Positions 49,915 through 59,788 of a stretch of DNA of 64,000 nt are shown here, one piece after another; the first letter of the stretch is position 1; every line of letters begins with the position of its first letter. The stretch is from Chloroflexota bacterium (GTDB lineage Bacteria; Chloroflexota; Dehalococcoidia; Lucifugimonadales; JADFKI01). Both the position numbers and the translations under genes were made by a program. The stretch covers positions 24,650 to 88,649 of the forward strand of contig JAQBUT010000011.1 of assembly GCA_027623195.1 (NCBI GenBank). Direction: 5' to 3'. The notes beneath the pieces were generated by a model. The model was not told the DNA's origin, did not search any database, and saw only the letters and a list, made by a program, of their open reading frames with translations.

Positions 49915-51455
49915 CCCTCGTAGACGATTTTGCCATTAAGAATGGTCATAGCAACCCTGGTTTTCAGAATCTCCTCGGGGTCGTCCTCGTTTAGCTGTCT
50001 GTCCAGCAATATCAAGTTGCCAGTAAGGTGTCCTCTCCGGTATTGATCAGAACGGTAGTTGTCCTGATCTTTGGCGACTACCCTCCGGCTGTGCATGGTT
50101 AACGCCTGCTTTAGATTGAGGCCTTCCTCAGCGTTTATCTGCTTGCCTCCAATCGAGCGGCGAGTAATGGCGCTGTAAATCCCGATAATGGGATTGGGGT
50201 CAGTCACTGGGGCATCGGACCCCGCCGCGACACGTATGCCGGATTCCACAAGAGACTTCGCTCTGTAAAGCCAAGGGATTTTGGATCCCTCTGTCTCAGC
50301 AAGATAGCGGTCGCCGCTGTGGTACAGGAATGCCGGATTGGTTACGACTGCCACATTCAAACGGGCCATTTTGCTTATTAATTCCGGTGGGCATTCGGAG
50401 CAATGCTCGATACGGTCTCTCCAGTAGCGGTTGGGCAACGGCGTGGCATCCTCCAGGGAGTTGAGGGCTGCCTCTAGAGCGGCTGCCTCCACGGTGTGGA
50501 TTGCTACAGGGTATTCCAGCGAGTGGGCCTTGGAGATCAGGCTAGTTAGTTCGCTCTGCGAAGGCGACAACGTTCCACCGCTCATCGTCAGCATTATCTT
50601 GACGTGGCCGATATTCCGCATTCCTGTTCCCAATTTCATAGGCAATGCATTCTCAACGAAGTCGTCCAGATGGCTGGGACCTATCATCATGGTCAAGGCT
50701 GGAAGGAAATATCCGCCACTTTGCATTTCTTTGAAGGTGTCGTAAGTCTCGACAGAATTGCCTGGAGAGGTGTCGCAGACCGACAAGATGCCATTGGAAA
50801 GGAAGCTGTTGCTGGCCAAGCGCATAGACGTCCGCAACTCCTCCACGGTTGGCCCTGGAACCCTGGCGCGGACGAAATCTTCCATTTCCAGAAGCAGTCC
50901 AGTGGGCTCACCGGTCAGAGTGTCGCGGTCAATTGTGCAGCCTGGTGGCTCATCTGTAACGTTGGAAATCCCGACGGCAGCCAGCGCCGCGCTATTAAGG
51001 ACGATGGCATGGCCGGAGCGATGATTAAGCCGAACGGGATGGTGCGGCGCAACTTCATCGAGGTCAGTACGGGTTGGATGGCGCTTCTCTGATAGATCGA
51101 AATCACTGTAGCCAGTAGCGCGCACCCAATGCCCTTCTGGTGTGCCCGACACTCGGCTGCGTATTGCCTCTTTGAGAGCAGTGATGGAAGAGACCGCCGA
51201 CGGGCGGCAATCGACGGCGGTTAAGCTGGAGGCGTAGGCCATAACGTGGCAGTGGGCGTCAACGAAGCCATACGTAAGCGGAAGCCCCTGACAGTCGATG
51301 ACTTTCGCCTCAAGTGGCGGATTGGCTTCAACTTTCAGGTCCATCGCCCTGGCGAAGTTTCCGGAAACGAAGACGGGGCTACTCTTTGTAGCCGTGATAA
51401 TTGCGTCGGCAAGTCCCCGAACGTCGGCGTTAACCAGTTGAAGTGCGGGTGACAT
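49911..51455 (-). CDS. amidohydrolase, YtcJ-like
   Basis: GFVDAHCH, PTRTDLD, GEPTGLLLE, RIEHCS, GSDAPV. Confidence 0.88.
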   Translation of the reverse strand: MSPALQLVNADVRGLADAIITATKSSPVFVSGNFARAMDLKVEANPPLEAKVIDCQGLPLTYGFVDAHCHVMAYASSLTAVDCRPSAVSSITALKEAIRSRVSGTPEGHWVRATGYSDFDLSEKRHPTRTDLDEVAPHHPVRLNHRSGHAIVLNSAALAAVGISNVTDEPPGCTIDRDTLTGEPTGLLLEMEDFVRARVPGPTVEELRTSMRLASNSFLSNGILSVCDTSPGNSVETYDTFKEMQSGGYFLPALTMMIGPSHLDDFVENALPMKLGTGMRNIGHVKIMLTMSGGTLSPSQSELTSLISKAHSLEYPVAIHTVEAAALEAALNSLEDATPLPNRYWRDRIEHCSECPPELISKMARLNVAVVTNPAFLYHSGDRYLAETEGSKIPWLYRAKSLVESGIRVAAGSDAPVTDPNPIIGIYSAITRRSIGGKQINAEEGLNLKQALTMHSRRVVAKDQDNYRSDQYRRGHLTGNLILLDRQLNEDDPEEILKTRVAMTILNGKIVYEG

Positions 51456-51498
51456 TTTCGCTGTAGCCTCGCCGACGTCGATTAATTAGGGGGTACTG

Positions 51499-51819
51499 TT
51501 ATTGGATCACCGATCTTGAAGAGGCCTCGATTCTTCGGACCACTATCTTGGTGCGGTCCATCATGCCTGGAATTTTCGGGCCGATCTCATTTTTCCAGGT
51601 ATCGCTCTCATAGACGGCCTCGTATAGTCGTTCCTTTTCAGCGTCGTCTTCGAATCGTCGGATCCAGATGTACAGATCGTCCTCTTCCTGGCCCACGAAG
51701 CTGCCAAGGATCACCATACCCTTGGATACCTGGAAGGGGATAATAATCTGCTCCATGTAGTCTACCCAGTCTTGGCGTTTTCCCGGTAACGTGCGGTACT
51801 CTCTTAGTTCGAAGAACAT
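51499..51819 (-). CDS. NIPSNAP family protein
   Basis: FELREYRTLPGK...YIWIRRF. Confidence 0.88.
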   Translation of the reverse strand: MFFELREYRTLPGKRQDWVDYMEQIIIPFQVSKGMVILGSFVGQEEDDLYIWIRRFEDDAEKERLYEAVYESDTWKNEIGPKIPGMMDRTKIVVRRIEASSRSVIQ

Positions 51820-51918
51820 GTGCGTCTCCTGCGATGTAAATTTGGGGATTAGCTCATCCGGGGGCTAATGTATTCCGCGCCGCGTGTGGTGTCAAGGAGA
51901 CACACTACGGCAGGGCGT

Positions 51919-52932
51919 TTATCCCAGATTGAATACAAGAAGGCTGGAGATGATGTAGAGGCCAATTAGCACGGATGCCTCAATCGTAATGAAACTATGC
52001 GGCCTGTTCCGTCCGTGAGTAATTAACGCTACCGTGACCACTGCTGTCATCAGGATGGCGAACAGCGCCGTCATAATATGTATTGGAGACACAGCTTCCC
52101 ACAACGGCTGATGTATCAGCGCAATGTCATCTATAAACAGGATGAAGCCCATGTTGAACAGGTTGCTGCCGAGAACATTGGAAATAGCCAATTCGGGGGC
52201 GTTAAGACGTATGGCTGCGAACGATGCAGCCAACTCCGGCAATGAGGTGCTGAATGCCAGGAACTGCGTGCCGACGAAACTAGCGTCCCAGCCCATGATG
52301 TGGGTAAGGCCGTCGCCTATGTTCGCTAACCAAACTGCGGCACCTATCACTACTATTGCTGAGGTAACATAGATCGCAATTGACTTGGGCAGGCTGTCTC
52401 CCACGTAAAGCGGAGCGTCATTGTCATCTTTTGGTGAGTCTTGCTTTTTTTCGATCGCATAGATCATGTACATGGCGCCAAGAAAAACCAAGAACATGAT
52501 TACGGTTACAGGGCTGATAGCCAGAGAGCTCAGGGAATCGGTGGCGCCATGGATAAACATACCGATCACTGCTATAGAAATTAACATTATGCCAAGGGCG
52601 CCCAAGGCAACTGACGTGGTACTCACACGGTTCAGAATGGGGCCGTTTCGCCAGAAGAGGTCTAGAAGTCCGATAATCAGCAGGTTGAAGACGTTACTGC
52701 CGAAGGCGTCTCCGGCAGCCAGGTCCGGTGCGTCGAACAGCATGATAGAGCTTACGCCCATCCCAAGCTCCGGCATTGAGGTTGCCGTAGCGAGCAACAC
52801 TACGCCTATGAAGGACCTTCCCAATCCCGTCCTGATTGCGATAACGTCTGTCGACTTCGCCAGGAAATTGGCCGCGAACAATATGATCAGAGCGGCTCCG
52901 CCCAATTGGAGCCACAGTAAGGTTATAGTCAA
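51919..52932 (-). CDS. sodium:calcium antiporter family protein
   Basis: two alpha repeats ATSMPE...GSNVFN and STSLPE...GSNLFN. Confidence 0.92.
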   Translation of the reverse strand: MTITLLWLQLGGAALIILFAANFLAKSTDVIAIRTGLGRSFIGVVLLATATSMPELGMGVSSIMLFDAPDLAAGDAFGSNVFNLLIIGLLDLFWRNGPILNRVSTTSVALGALGIMLISIAVIGMFIHGATDSLSSLAISPVTVIMFLVFLGAMYMIYAIEKKQDSPKDDNDAPLYVGDSLPKSIAIYVTSAIVVIGAAVWLANIGDGLTHIMGWDASFVGTQFLAFSTSLPELAASFAAIRLNAPELAISNVLGSNLFNMGFILFIDDIALIHQPLWEAVSPIHIMTALFAILMTAVVTVALITHGRNRPHSFITIEASVLIGLYIISSLLVFNLG

Positions 52933-52958
52933 CAGTTTCTCCGATAATTGCAGGCGAG

Positions 52959-52988
52959 AAAAACGACCCCGGTACGCCGGGGTCGTTT
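52959..52988 (-). terminator. terminator after cysS
   Basis: AAAAACGACCCCGG-TACG-CCGGGGTCGTTT. Confidence 0.8.
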
Positions 52989-53021
52989 ATAGATCAAATT
53001 TATTGCCTGAACAGTTTGGAT

Positions 53022-55223
53022 TTAATGGGTGTGGTGAGAATGATCGTGGTCACTGCTTATCAGCAGATCTGCCCGATCCCCCCACTTGTCCAAGAAACGC
53101 CGGTAGTTCTTCTTGCTCAATTCGTCTCGCTCGCCCTCGGCCAAAGCGGACCATACTCGATGTTCGTGTAACTGCACCGGCAAGCTAGAATCCGCAACTA
53201 TCTTATAGCCCTTGTCTTTGAATTGGAAGCTATAATCCAGATCCAGATTTCTATAGAAGCGGAAGGTCTCCCTTGGAAGACCAACGTCCTTTAGTCTGGA
53301 CCTTCTGAATGCGAAGCAGTATGCCTGCATCGCGTCCATAAAGCCAGATTCGCCCTCCCCGTCATGGAAGTGGTGCAGATCGTTGGTGCGTAAGCCAAAC
53401 GGGCCTGTTACCCCGATGGTGCTGTCTCCCAGCGCATCATCTATAGGCCCGAAGATATCGCCTGAAATCTCAACGCTTGTATCCAGCATAACCACAGTTT
53501 TGCCACGGGCCTGCTTCAGGAGGATGTTCTTGGCAGCGCCCTCCCCTAGCACATGGTCGGTATGAATTACTCGTAGCCTTGGCTCGGTAGCGGCCTTTTC
53601 CTCCAGCCACTTGTCGGTCCCGTCCGCAGAGCCGTTGTCTACGATCAACACCTCCAGTGGCCTTTCGCCTACCCAGTTCAGGGCGCTTTCGAGGCATCGC
53701 TGAACGTCCCCCAGGTAATTGCACGCCACCATGCCGATGGTTAGCTCCGTGGCGTCAGGCTCGTCTACTAAGGACGGCACCTCGACTGACGACGAAAAGC
53801 TGTGCCAAGCCTCTTCGCGTTTTTCCCAGTCCGTCTTGGGCCGCACCCTGGTGTCGCCCTGGGAGTCCTGAACGACGTAGCCATCCTCGCTCAAGGCGCT
53901 TCTGATGGCGTCGGCGTTCTGGTAGTCGTCTTTGGTCCGCTTATCGGAGCGGTCGCTGATTTGCGAATGGACCTCTTGCGGGACCTTGTACGTCCGTTCA
54001 GCGCTGTCCAGGTCCATGCCAAGAATGGCGTCGAAGCGTTTCATGGCCGCGAGCTTGGCCTGACCAGGCATATCCGAACGCGCCATCTCCCACGTCAGGG
54101 CCAGCGCGCCGGGTAGGTCCAGATTGTCGTTTACCCTGTCCATGAACTTGCCGTACCACTCGGTGATGTCCGACTCGTTCTGGCCATTTTGGGAAGGCAG
54201 CATGGACCACTGCCACGCCATATTGCGCAGCCTTAACAGACCTCGTTGAGCCGCCTTTAGCGAGCTGAACGTGAAGTTGAGTCGTGTGTTGTATTTGGCA
54301 GTAAGGCATAGATATCTGAAAGCTAATGGGTCGATACCCTGGGCTTCGATGTCTGACAGTATGAAGGAGTTACCCATCGACTTGGACATCTTCACGCCAT
54401 CGGCCAGCAGGTGCTGACCGTGGGTCCAGATGTTAACGACGGGCTCCCCTGTGAAGCCTTCGCTTTGCGCTATCTCGCCCTCGTGGTGAGGGAAGATGTT
54501 GTCTACGCCGCCGGTGTGCAGGTCGAACTTTTTACCCAGGTACTTGATGGACATAGCCGAACACTCTATGTGCCAGCCGGGGAAGCCATCACCCCAGGGG
54601 CTGCTCCACTTAAGAATTCTGCCAGGCTCAGCCTGTTTCCAAAGCGTGAAGTCTCTGGCGTCGCGCTTGAGGGGATCGACGTCCACGCGGACCGCTTCTA
54701 GAAGCTCTGCCTCATTAATGTTGCCGGAGAGTTGGCCGTAATCAGGGAAGCTGCTGACTTCGTAGTAGACATTGCCCTGTACTTCGTAAGCCAGACCTTT
54801 GCGAATCAGTTCTTCGACGATTTCAACCATCCCTTCGATGTGGTCCGTCGCCTTGGGGAACTCATGCGCGGGCATAATGTTGACCTTTTTCTCATCGCTG
54901 AGGAACCGGTCCGTGTAAAACTGGGCAATCTCTTCCGCAGTCTTACCTTCGGCCAAGGCAGCGGCCACGACCTTATCTTCCCCACGCTCCAGCACTTCCT
55001 GTCGCATGTGACCCACGTCTGTAATGTTTTTGATGTGGACCACCTGCAAGTCCTGTGCGAGCAGCGCCCGACGTATCCAGTCCGCCATAAGGTACGAACG
55101 AAGATTACCGATATGCGCATCGCGGTAAACCGTCGGTCCGCACGTGTACATCTTCACAACCCCAGGTTCTATGGGGCGTACCTCATCGGATGTTTTGGTA
55201 AGAGTGTTGAAAAGCCGTAGCAC
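53022..55223 (-). CDS. cysS: cysteine--tRNA ligase with C-terminal GT2 glycosyltransferase-like domain
   Basis: CGPTVY..AHIGN, PGWHIECSAM, FPHHE, KMSKS, ADAIR anticodon domain; then VLIVDNGSADGT...AKNILLKQARGKTVVMLD. Confidence 0.93.
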   Translation of the reverse strand: MLRLFNTLTKTSDEVRPIEPGVVKMYTCGPTVYRDAHIGNLRSYLMADWIRRALLAQDLQVVHIKNITDVGHMRQEVLERGEDKVVAAALAEGKTAEEIAQFYTDRFLSDEKKVNIMPAHEFPKATDHIEGMVEIVEELIRKGLAYEVQGNVYYEVSSFPDYGQLSGNINEAELLEAVRVDVDPLKRDARDFTLWKQAEPGRILKWSSPWGDGFPGWHIECSAMSIKYLGKKFDLHTGGVDNIFPHHEGEIAQSEGFTGEPVVNIWTHGQHLLADGVKMSKSMGNSFILSDIEAQGIDPLAFRYLCLTAKYNTRLNFTFSSLKAAQRGLLRLRNMAWQWSMLPSQNGQNESDITEWYGKFMDRVNDNLDLPGALALTWEMARSDMPGQAKLAAMKRFDAILGMDLDSAERTYKVPQEVHSQISDRSDKRTKDDYQNADAIRSALSEDGYVVQDSQGDTRVRPKTDWEKREEAWHSFSSSVEVPSLVDEPDATELTIGMVACNYLGDVQRCLESALNWVGERPLEVLIVDNGSADGTDKWLEEKAATEPRLRVIHTDHVLGEGAAKNILLKQARGKTVVMLDTSVEISGDIFGPIDDALGDSTIGVTGPFGLRTNDLHHFHDGEGESGFMDAMQAYCFAFRRSRLKDVGLPRETFRFYRNLDLDYSFQFKDKGYKIVADSSLPVQLHEHRVWSALAEGERDELSKKNYRRFLDKWGDRADLLISSDHDHSHHTH

Positions 55224-55264
55224 TTGTGTCCTCCCAGCCCTGCTTCAACCAAGGGCCTGGGACA

Positions 55265-55293
55265 ATTTTACTCTGCCGTTGCGGAGATGTCTA
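55265..55293 (-). promoter_or_regulatory. cysS promoter
   Basis: minus strand TAGACA-17 nt-TAAAAT. Confidence 0.6.
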
Positions 55294-55473
55294 ACGCCCT
55301 GGAGCCTTGTATCGCCGATGTTGGCCAATGCGCTACTTTCACCGCAGTCGCCCCGAGGCATTTGGGGCAGACAGAGAGCTTGATGTCGCCATGGGGTTGA
55401 CGGATTACGCAACCAGACGTCTCCTTAATTACGTCGTTGAACCTCGAATTCAATACGGAGTATCATTCCACGT

Positions 55474-56616
55474 ATGGAATTTGGAACTCTTGGCACATAT
55501 TGCGGGTTATGCGCTCTTATATTAGGCCTCGGCGAGCTTTTGCATCGAGTGATAGACGATGGCTCGCGCATGAAACTGGGCGGTTACCTGAACGACCTCG
55601 TAATGCGTCCCCCACACAGATGGGTGCGCAAGACCAACGGCGCGTTTAACAGGCTGTTCGACGGGATATTTGCCGCGAATAAGACGGCCTTTGAGGACGC
55701 GATATGGATGGGACTAATACTGTCGCCGTTATTGTTGACCGCGATTCTATCTCCTTCGTTCGTGGGTGAGGAAGCCTTCGCTGCATCCGCACCCGAAGCC
55801 CTTCTGACGGCGATAGGGCTTGCATTGGGTTCTGCCATTGGCGTTCCGTTCGGCAGGTGGTTGTCAAAATAAGGTGCGATAGAACTTATCGTACTCGGCA
55901 TCACCGTCGGCATCATCGGCATCTTCGGCTTCGGCGGCATTATTGACCGCGTCGGCGATGGCATCACCGGCGTTCTCGGCATTGTCCTCGGCATGGCCCT
56001 CCCCATCGTCTTCGGCATCGTCTTCTTATTTTCGAGGGGTTATCATATGCCGGTACGACCCCAGAGGGCGTTGGCGTGGTCGCTGGGTTTTATAGTCATT
56101 GCGGGAACCGGAGCAGCCTTGCTTATACCCAATGTTCTGGACTCATTCAGGGCGGAACTGGACGCGACTGGCCCCACGCTGTTTGCCTTCGTTGCGTTCA
56201 ACATGTTCGCGGACAGCGCATCGCTTTGGGAAACTCGATGGGTCTTGAGACGTGGGCTGAAAGCGTCCTGGTACTCGCTGCTCGGCTTGCTGGTGCTGGA
56301 CTTACTGCTTTCGGCCGCCATCTTCCTGTACTTACCGCTCGTGCTTGGCGAGCTCCCGGACTTTTGGAAGGCGGCCTTTTTCTTTGGTGGAAATCGCCCC
56401 TGGCTCGGCGTTCTGTTCTGGACGACTTTCTACACATCCGCAGTGTTCTACCTGTTCGTGATTTCGTCGCTGCTGGTCAGGCCGCTATCGCGAGTGCCAA
56501 AATTGGGACAGCATCTGCAGGTCGAAACGCAGCCTGTGCGGGTGCTTACGCTGGTGGCGATGATTGTGGTAACGGTGGTGTTTTGGGGAGTCATGGCAGT
56601 CTCCAATATCGTCTGA
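55474..56616 (+). pseudogene. multi-TM membrane protein interrupted by an in-frame TAA at 55870-55872
   Basis: ORFs 55474-55872 and 55993-56616 share a frame; the gap reads as open hydrophobic Gly/Ile-rich sequence. Confidence 0.65.
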
Positions 56617-56891
56617 CTGTATAGTTTTCTGCGCTCCGAAGTCATAGTCTGGGCCTCCTCTCGTCTTCCGACAGTGCGCGCTACTCGTATAGTGCGTGGC
56701 GCGTCACCCCCTCTCCTGCCGGACTCCCGTGAAAGATTACGGATAATTGAATTCATGTGATTGAAGAATGGTATATCGCGACGGGTGTGTTATTATTTGG
56801 CCCGAATTGGGCCTAAAGGGAAAACCTTTTGCCGTAGCAAGTGCAGTTTCACCTTACCTGCTTGGCATAGCAAAAAACTTTCGGAGATAAA

Positions 56892-57986
56892 ATGAGCAAG
56901 CTTTTCACTCCCATAGAAATAAGGGGCGAGACTATACCGAATCGGATATTCGTCTCCCCTATGTGCCAGTACTCGTCGGATACCGAGGATGGCAAGTGCG
57001 GTCCGTGGCACCTCGTGCACTACGGCACCAGAGCGGTCGGCGGCGCAGGCCTGGTAATGGTGGAGGCGTCTGCGGTCCAGCCGGAGGGACGCATTACCCC
57101 GTGGGACCTCGGTCTATGGTCGGACGGCCAGATGGAACCCTTGCGCGAGGTAGTGGAGAGCATCGATAGCAGGGGGAGCACCCCGGCGATTCAGCTTGCC
57201 CATGCCGGGCGAAAGGCATCGCACAAGCGTCCGTGGGAAGGCGGCGCGTACCTGGGCCTGCAAGAGGGCGGTTGGGAAATAGTAGGCCCCAGTCCTTTGC
57301 CCTATGAGGACTCCTGGGGGAAGCCGAAGGAGCTTAGCATAGAAGACATAGACGCGATTGTGGCCGACTTCGTTAGCGCCGCGAATAGGGCCGTAGATGT
57401 TGGGATGCGGGCCATTGAGTTGCACATGGCGCACGGATACCTGGCTTGTGAGTTCCTGTCACCGATGTCCAATAAGCGGCAGGACCATTACGGCGGCGGG
57501 TTGGAAAATCGAGCACGGTTTACTCTTCAGGTGGTGAAGGCAGTACGCAACACAATTCCAGAAAGCATGCCGCTGTTCGTTCGCGTGTCCGCCACGGAGT
57601 ATGTGGAGGGTGGATGGGATGTGGACGAGTGCGTGGAGCTTTGCCGTTGGCTTGGCGAAGAGGGCGTGGACCTCATCGACTGCTCCTCCGGAGGCAACTC
57701 GCCAGACCAGACGCTGAAGCCGTATCCGGGCTACCAGGTCCAGTTCGCGTCGCGCATCAGGAAGGACGTAGACATCCTTACAGGCGCCGTGGGTCTTATA
57801 ACCACGCCAGAGCAGGCCGAGAAAGTTCTGGCCGACGGAGAAGCCGATGTGGTGCTACTGGGACGGGAGCTTCTGCGTAATCCCTACTGGCCGCACCAGG
57901 CAAGGGCGGCTTTGGACGAGGAATTCACCGGATGGCCGTCTCCATACGCCAGGGTATCTGAGGTTCGCCAGTACAGGTCGTCGTAA
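56892..57986 (+). CDS. NADH:flavin oxidoreductase (old yellow enzyme, YqjM/NamA-like)
   Basis: NRIFVSPMCQYS, IQLAHAGRKAS, HMAHGYL, GRELLRNPYW. Confidence 0.94.
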   Translation: MSKLFTPIEIRGETIPNRIFVSPMCQYSSDTEDGKCGPWHLVHYGTRAVGGAGLVMVEASAVQPEGRITPWDLGLWSDGQMEPLREVVESIDSRGSTPAIQLAHAGRKASHKRPWEGGAYLGLQEGGWEIVGPSPLPYEDSWGKPKELSIEDIDAIVADFVSAANRAVDVGMRAIELHMAHGYLACEFLSPMSNKRQDHYGGGLENRARFTLQVVKAVRNTIPESMPLFVRVSATEYVEGGWDVDECVELCRWLGEEGVDLIDCSSGGNSPDQTLKPYPGYQVQFASRIRKDVDILTGAVGLITTPEQAEKVLADGEADVVLLGRELLRNPYWPHQARAALDEEFTGWPSPYARVSEVRQYRSS

Positions 57987-58032
57987 GCTGGGCCTGTAGC
58001 GGCTTTCTGTCCCCAGTAATCAAGAAGGACGC

Positions 58033-59481
58033 TTATACGATGGTCATGACCCGGAGAAGATTCGTGCTGCCGGCAACCCCGATGGGAACCCCTGCGACCA
58101 GTACCACGGTATCGCCGGATGAAACCCCGCCAACCTGTTTCGCAAACAAGGCACCGGCTGCGAAGAAGTCCTCGACGTTCTCGATGTCACCGAGGGGAAT
58201 GGCTATGACGCCCCACCGCAATGTCAGACGCCTCTGCACCTCCTCGTTTGCAGTCAGGGCCAGTATTTTGGGCAGGGGGCGATACTTGGACACACGTCCC
58301 GCGCTTACCCCGCCTTCCGTAAAGGTTATGATGAGGTTGGCTTTGATTTGGAAAGCTGTGCGCACTGCATCGTAGCTGATAGCGTCCGCCACAGATGCGG
58401 CCTCGGTCTGCCTTCCCTTTTCCAGAATAATGGACTCGTATGGCAGCGCCTTTTCTGCCTCCAGCGCTGTTTGAGCCATTACCTTGACGGCCTCGATTGG
58501 ATACAGGCCCACCGACGTTTCTCCGGAAAGCATTATGGCGTCGGTGCCGTCGAAAATCGCGTTGGCGACGTCGGTGACCTCAGCCCTGGTGGGTATCGCG
58601 GATCTGATCATTGATTCCAGCATCTGCGTTGCCGTTATGACAGGTTTGCCAGCCAGGTTGCAACGCCTGATCAGGTCTTTCTGTATGATCGGCACTCGAG
58701 AGAGGGGAACTTCAACTCCCATGTCTCCCCGTGCCACCATGATGGCGTCACTAACTTCGATGATACTGTCCAGATGGTCCAGGGCCTCCGCGCGCTCAAT
58801 CTTAGAGATGATGTAGCCCTTGGGATTATCCTTTTCCAGGTACGCCCTTCCGCGCACCACGTCGTCTGCATTTGTAATCGTAGAGAGGGCCACGAAGTCG
58901 GCCCCATATTCGGAGGCAAAATTCAGAGCCTCCTTAGCCCGGGCATCGGGAAATGGTTGGGACGGCGCTTTGCCTGGAGTGGTTACACCTCTGCGTTCCG
59001 TGATTCGGCCGCCGACGATTATCTCGCACCTAACGTCTTCGCCCTCGATCTCCTTCACCAGCAACTCAATAAGTCCGTCGTCCAAAAGTATGGGGCGTCC
59101 CACCGTGGCATCCCTATGAAGCCCTGGGGGAGCGACGGAAATAAGATGATAGTCCCCTGTGAGGTCTCTGCTGGTAAGGGTGACTTCATCGCCGGTTTTA
59201 ACGTCCAAGACGCCAGGTATGGTAGGACCGGTGCGGTACTTCGGACCTGGCACGTCCACCATGATTCCTACGGGAATGCCCAGCTTTGCAGATGCCTGTC
59301 GAACTCGGTGGAAAGTGTTTCTGTGGGTATCCAGGTCACCATGGGAGAAATTTAACCTGGCTACTGTCATCCCGCTAAGGATGAGTTCCTCGATCTTTTC
59401 CTCCGACTCTGTAGCAGGCCCAAGAGTGCACACAATCTTCGTTTTCGGCATCCTGTCAATATTTCGCTGGGATTCCATCAA
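58033..59481 (-). CDS. pyk: pyruvate kinase
   Basis: TKIVCTLGP, ARLNFSHG, SKIE, MVARGD, ATQMLESM, MLSGETS. Confidence 0.97.
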   Translation of the reverse strand: MMESQRNIDRMPKTKIVCTLGPATESEEKIEELILSGMTVARLNFSHGDLDTHRNTFHRVRQASAKLGIPVGIMVDVPGPKYRTGPTIPGVLDVKTGDEVTLTSRDLTGDYHLISVAPPGLHRDATVGRPILLDDGLIELLVKEIEGEDVRCEIIVGGRITERRGVTTPGKAPSQPFPDARAKEALNFASEYGADFVALSTITNADDVVRGRAYLEKDNPKGYIISKIERAEALDHLDSIIEVSDAIMVARGDMGVEVPLSRVPIIQKDLIRRCNLAGKPVITATQMLESMIRSAIPTRAEVTDVANAIFDGTDAIMLSGETSVGLYPIEAVKVMAQTALEAEKALPYESIILEKGRQTEAASVADAISYDAVRTAFQIKANLIITFTEGGVSAGRVSKYRPLPKILALTANEEVQRRLTLRWGVIAIPLGDIENVEDFFAAGALFAKQVGGVSSGDTVVLVAGVPIGVAGSTNLLRVMTIV

Positions 59482-59788
59482 TTGGTTATTCCTTTGTCAC
59501 GTTGTAATTGAATAGGCTGTTATGTGAATAAGCAGTCAAACAGGCAAATGTTACATCAATTCCGTGCCATCCACTAGCTAAATAATACCGAATTAGACCG
59601 GTGGATGCGGCGGCCTCCGTATATTGGTATTATCCATATAACTTCAAGGCCCAAATAATTCGGCTTGCGCGGGCATTCGTATTGCGTGAAATTGGAACGC
59701 TACACCGCTTTGCAGTGTGTCCGCATCGAGTCTTAGAATCAAGGCGAGTGACAGTCTTCCTGCCCTCGCTGCGATAAGAGAGGCGTTA

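Noticed and set aside
55224..55460. Cys T-box upstream of cysS
   Set aside because: No GGTGGNACC antiterminator or stem I motifs on the minus strand, and a promoter lies only ~40 nt from the start.
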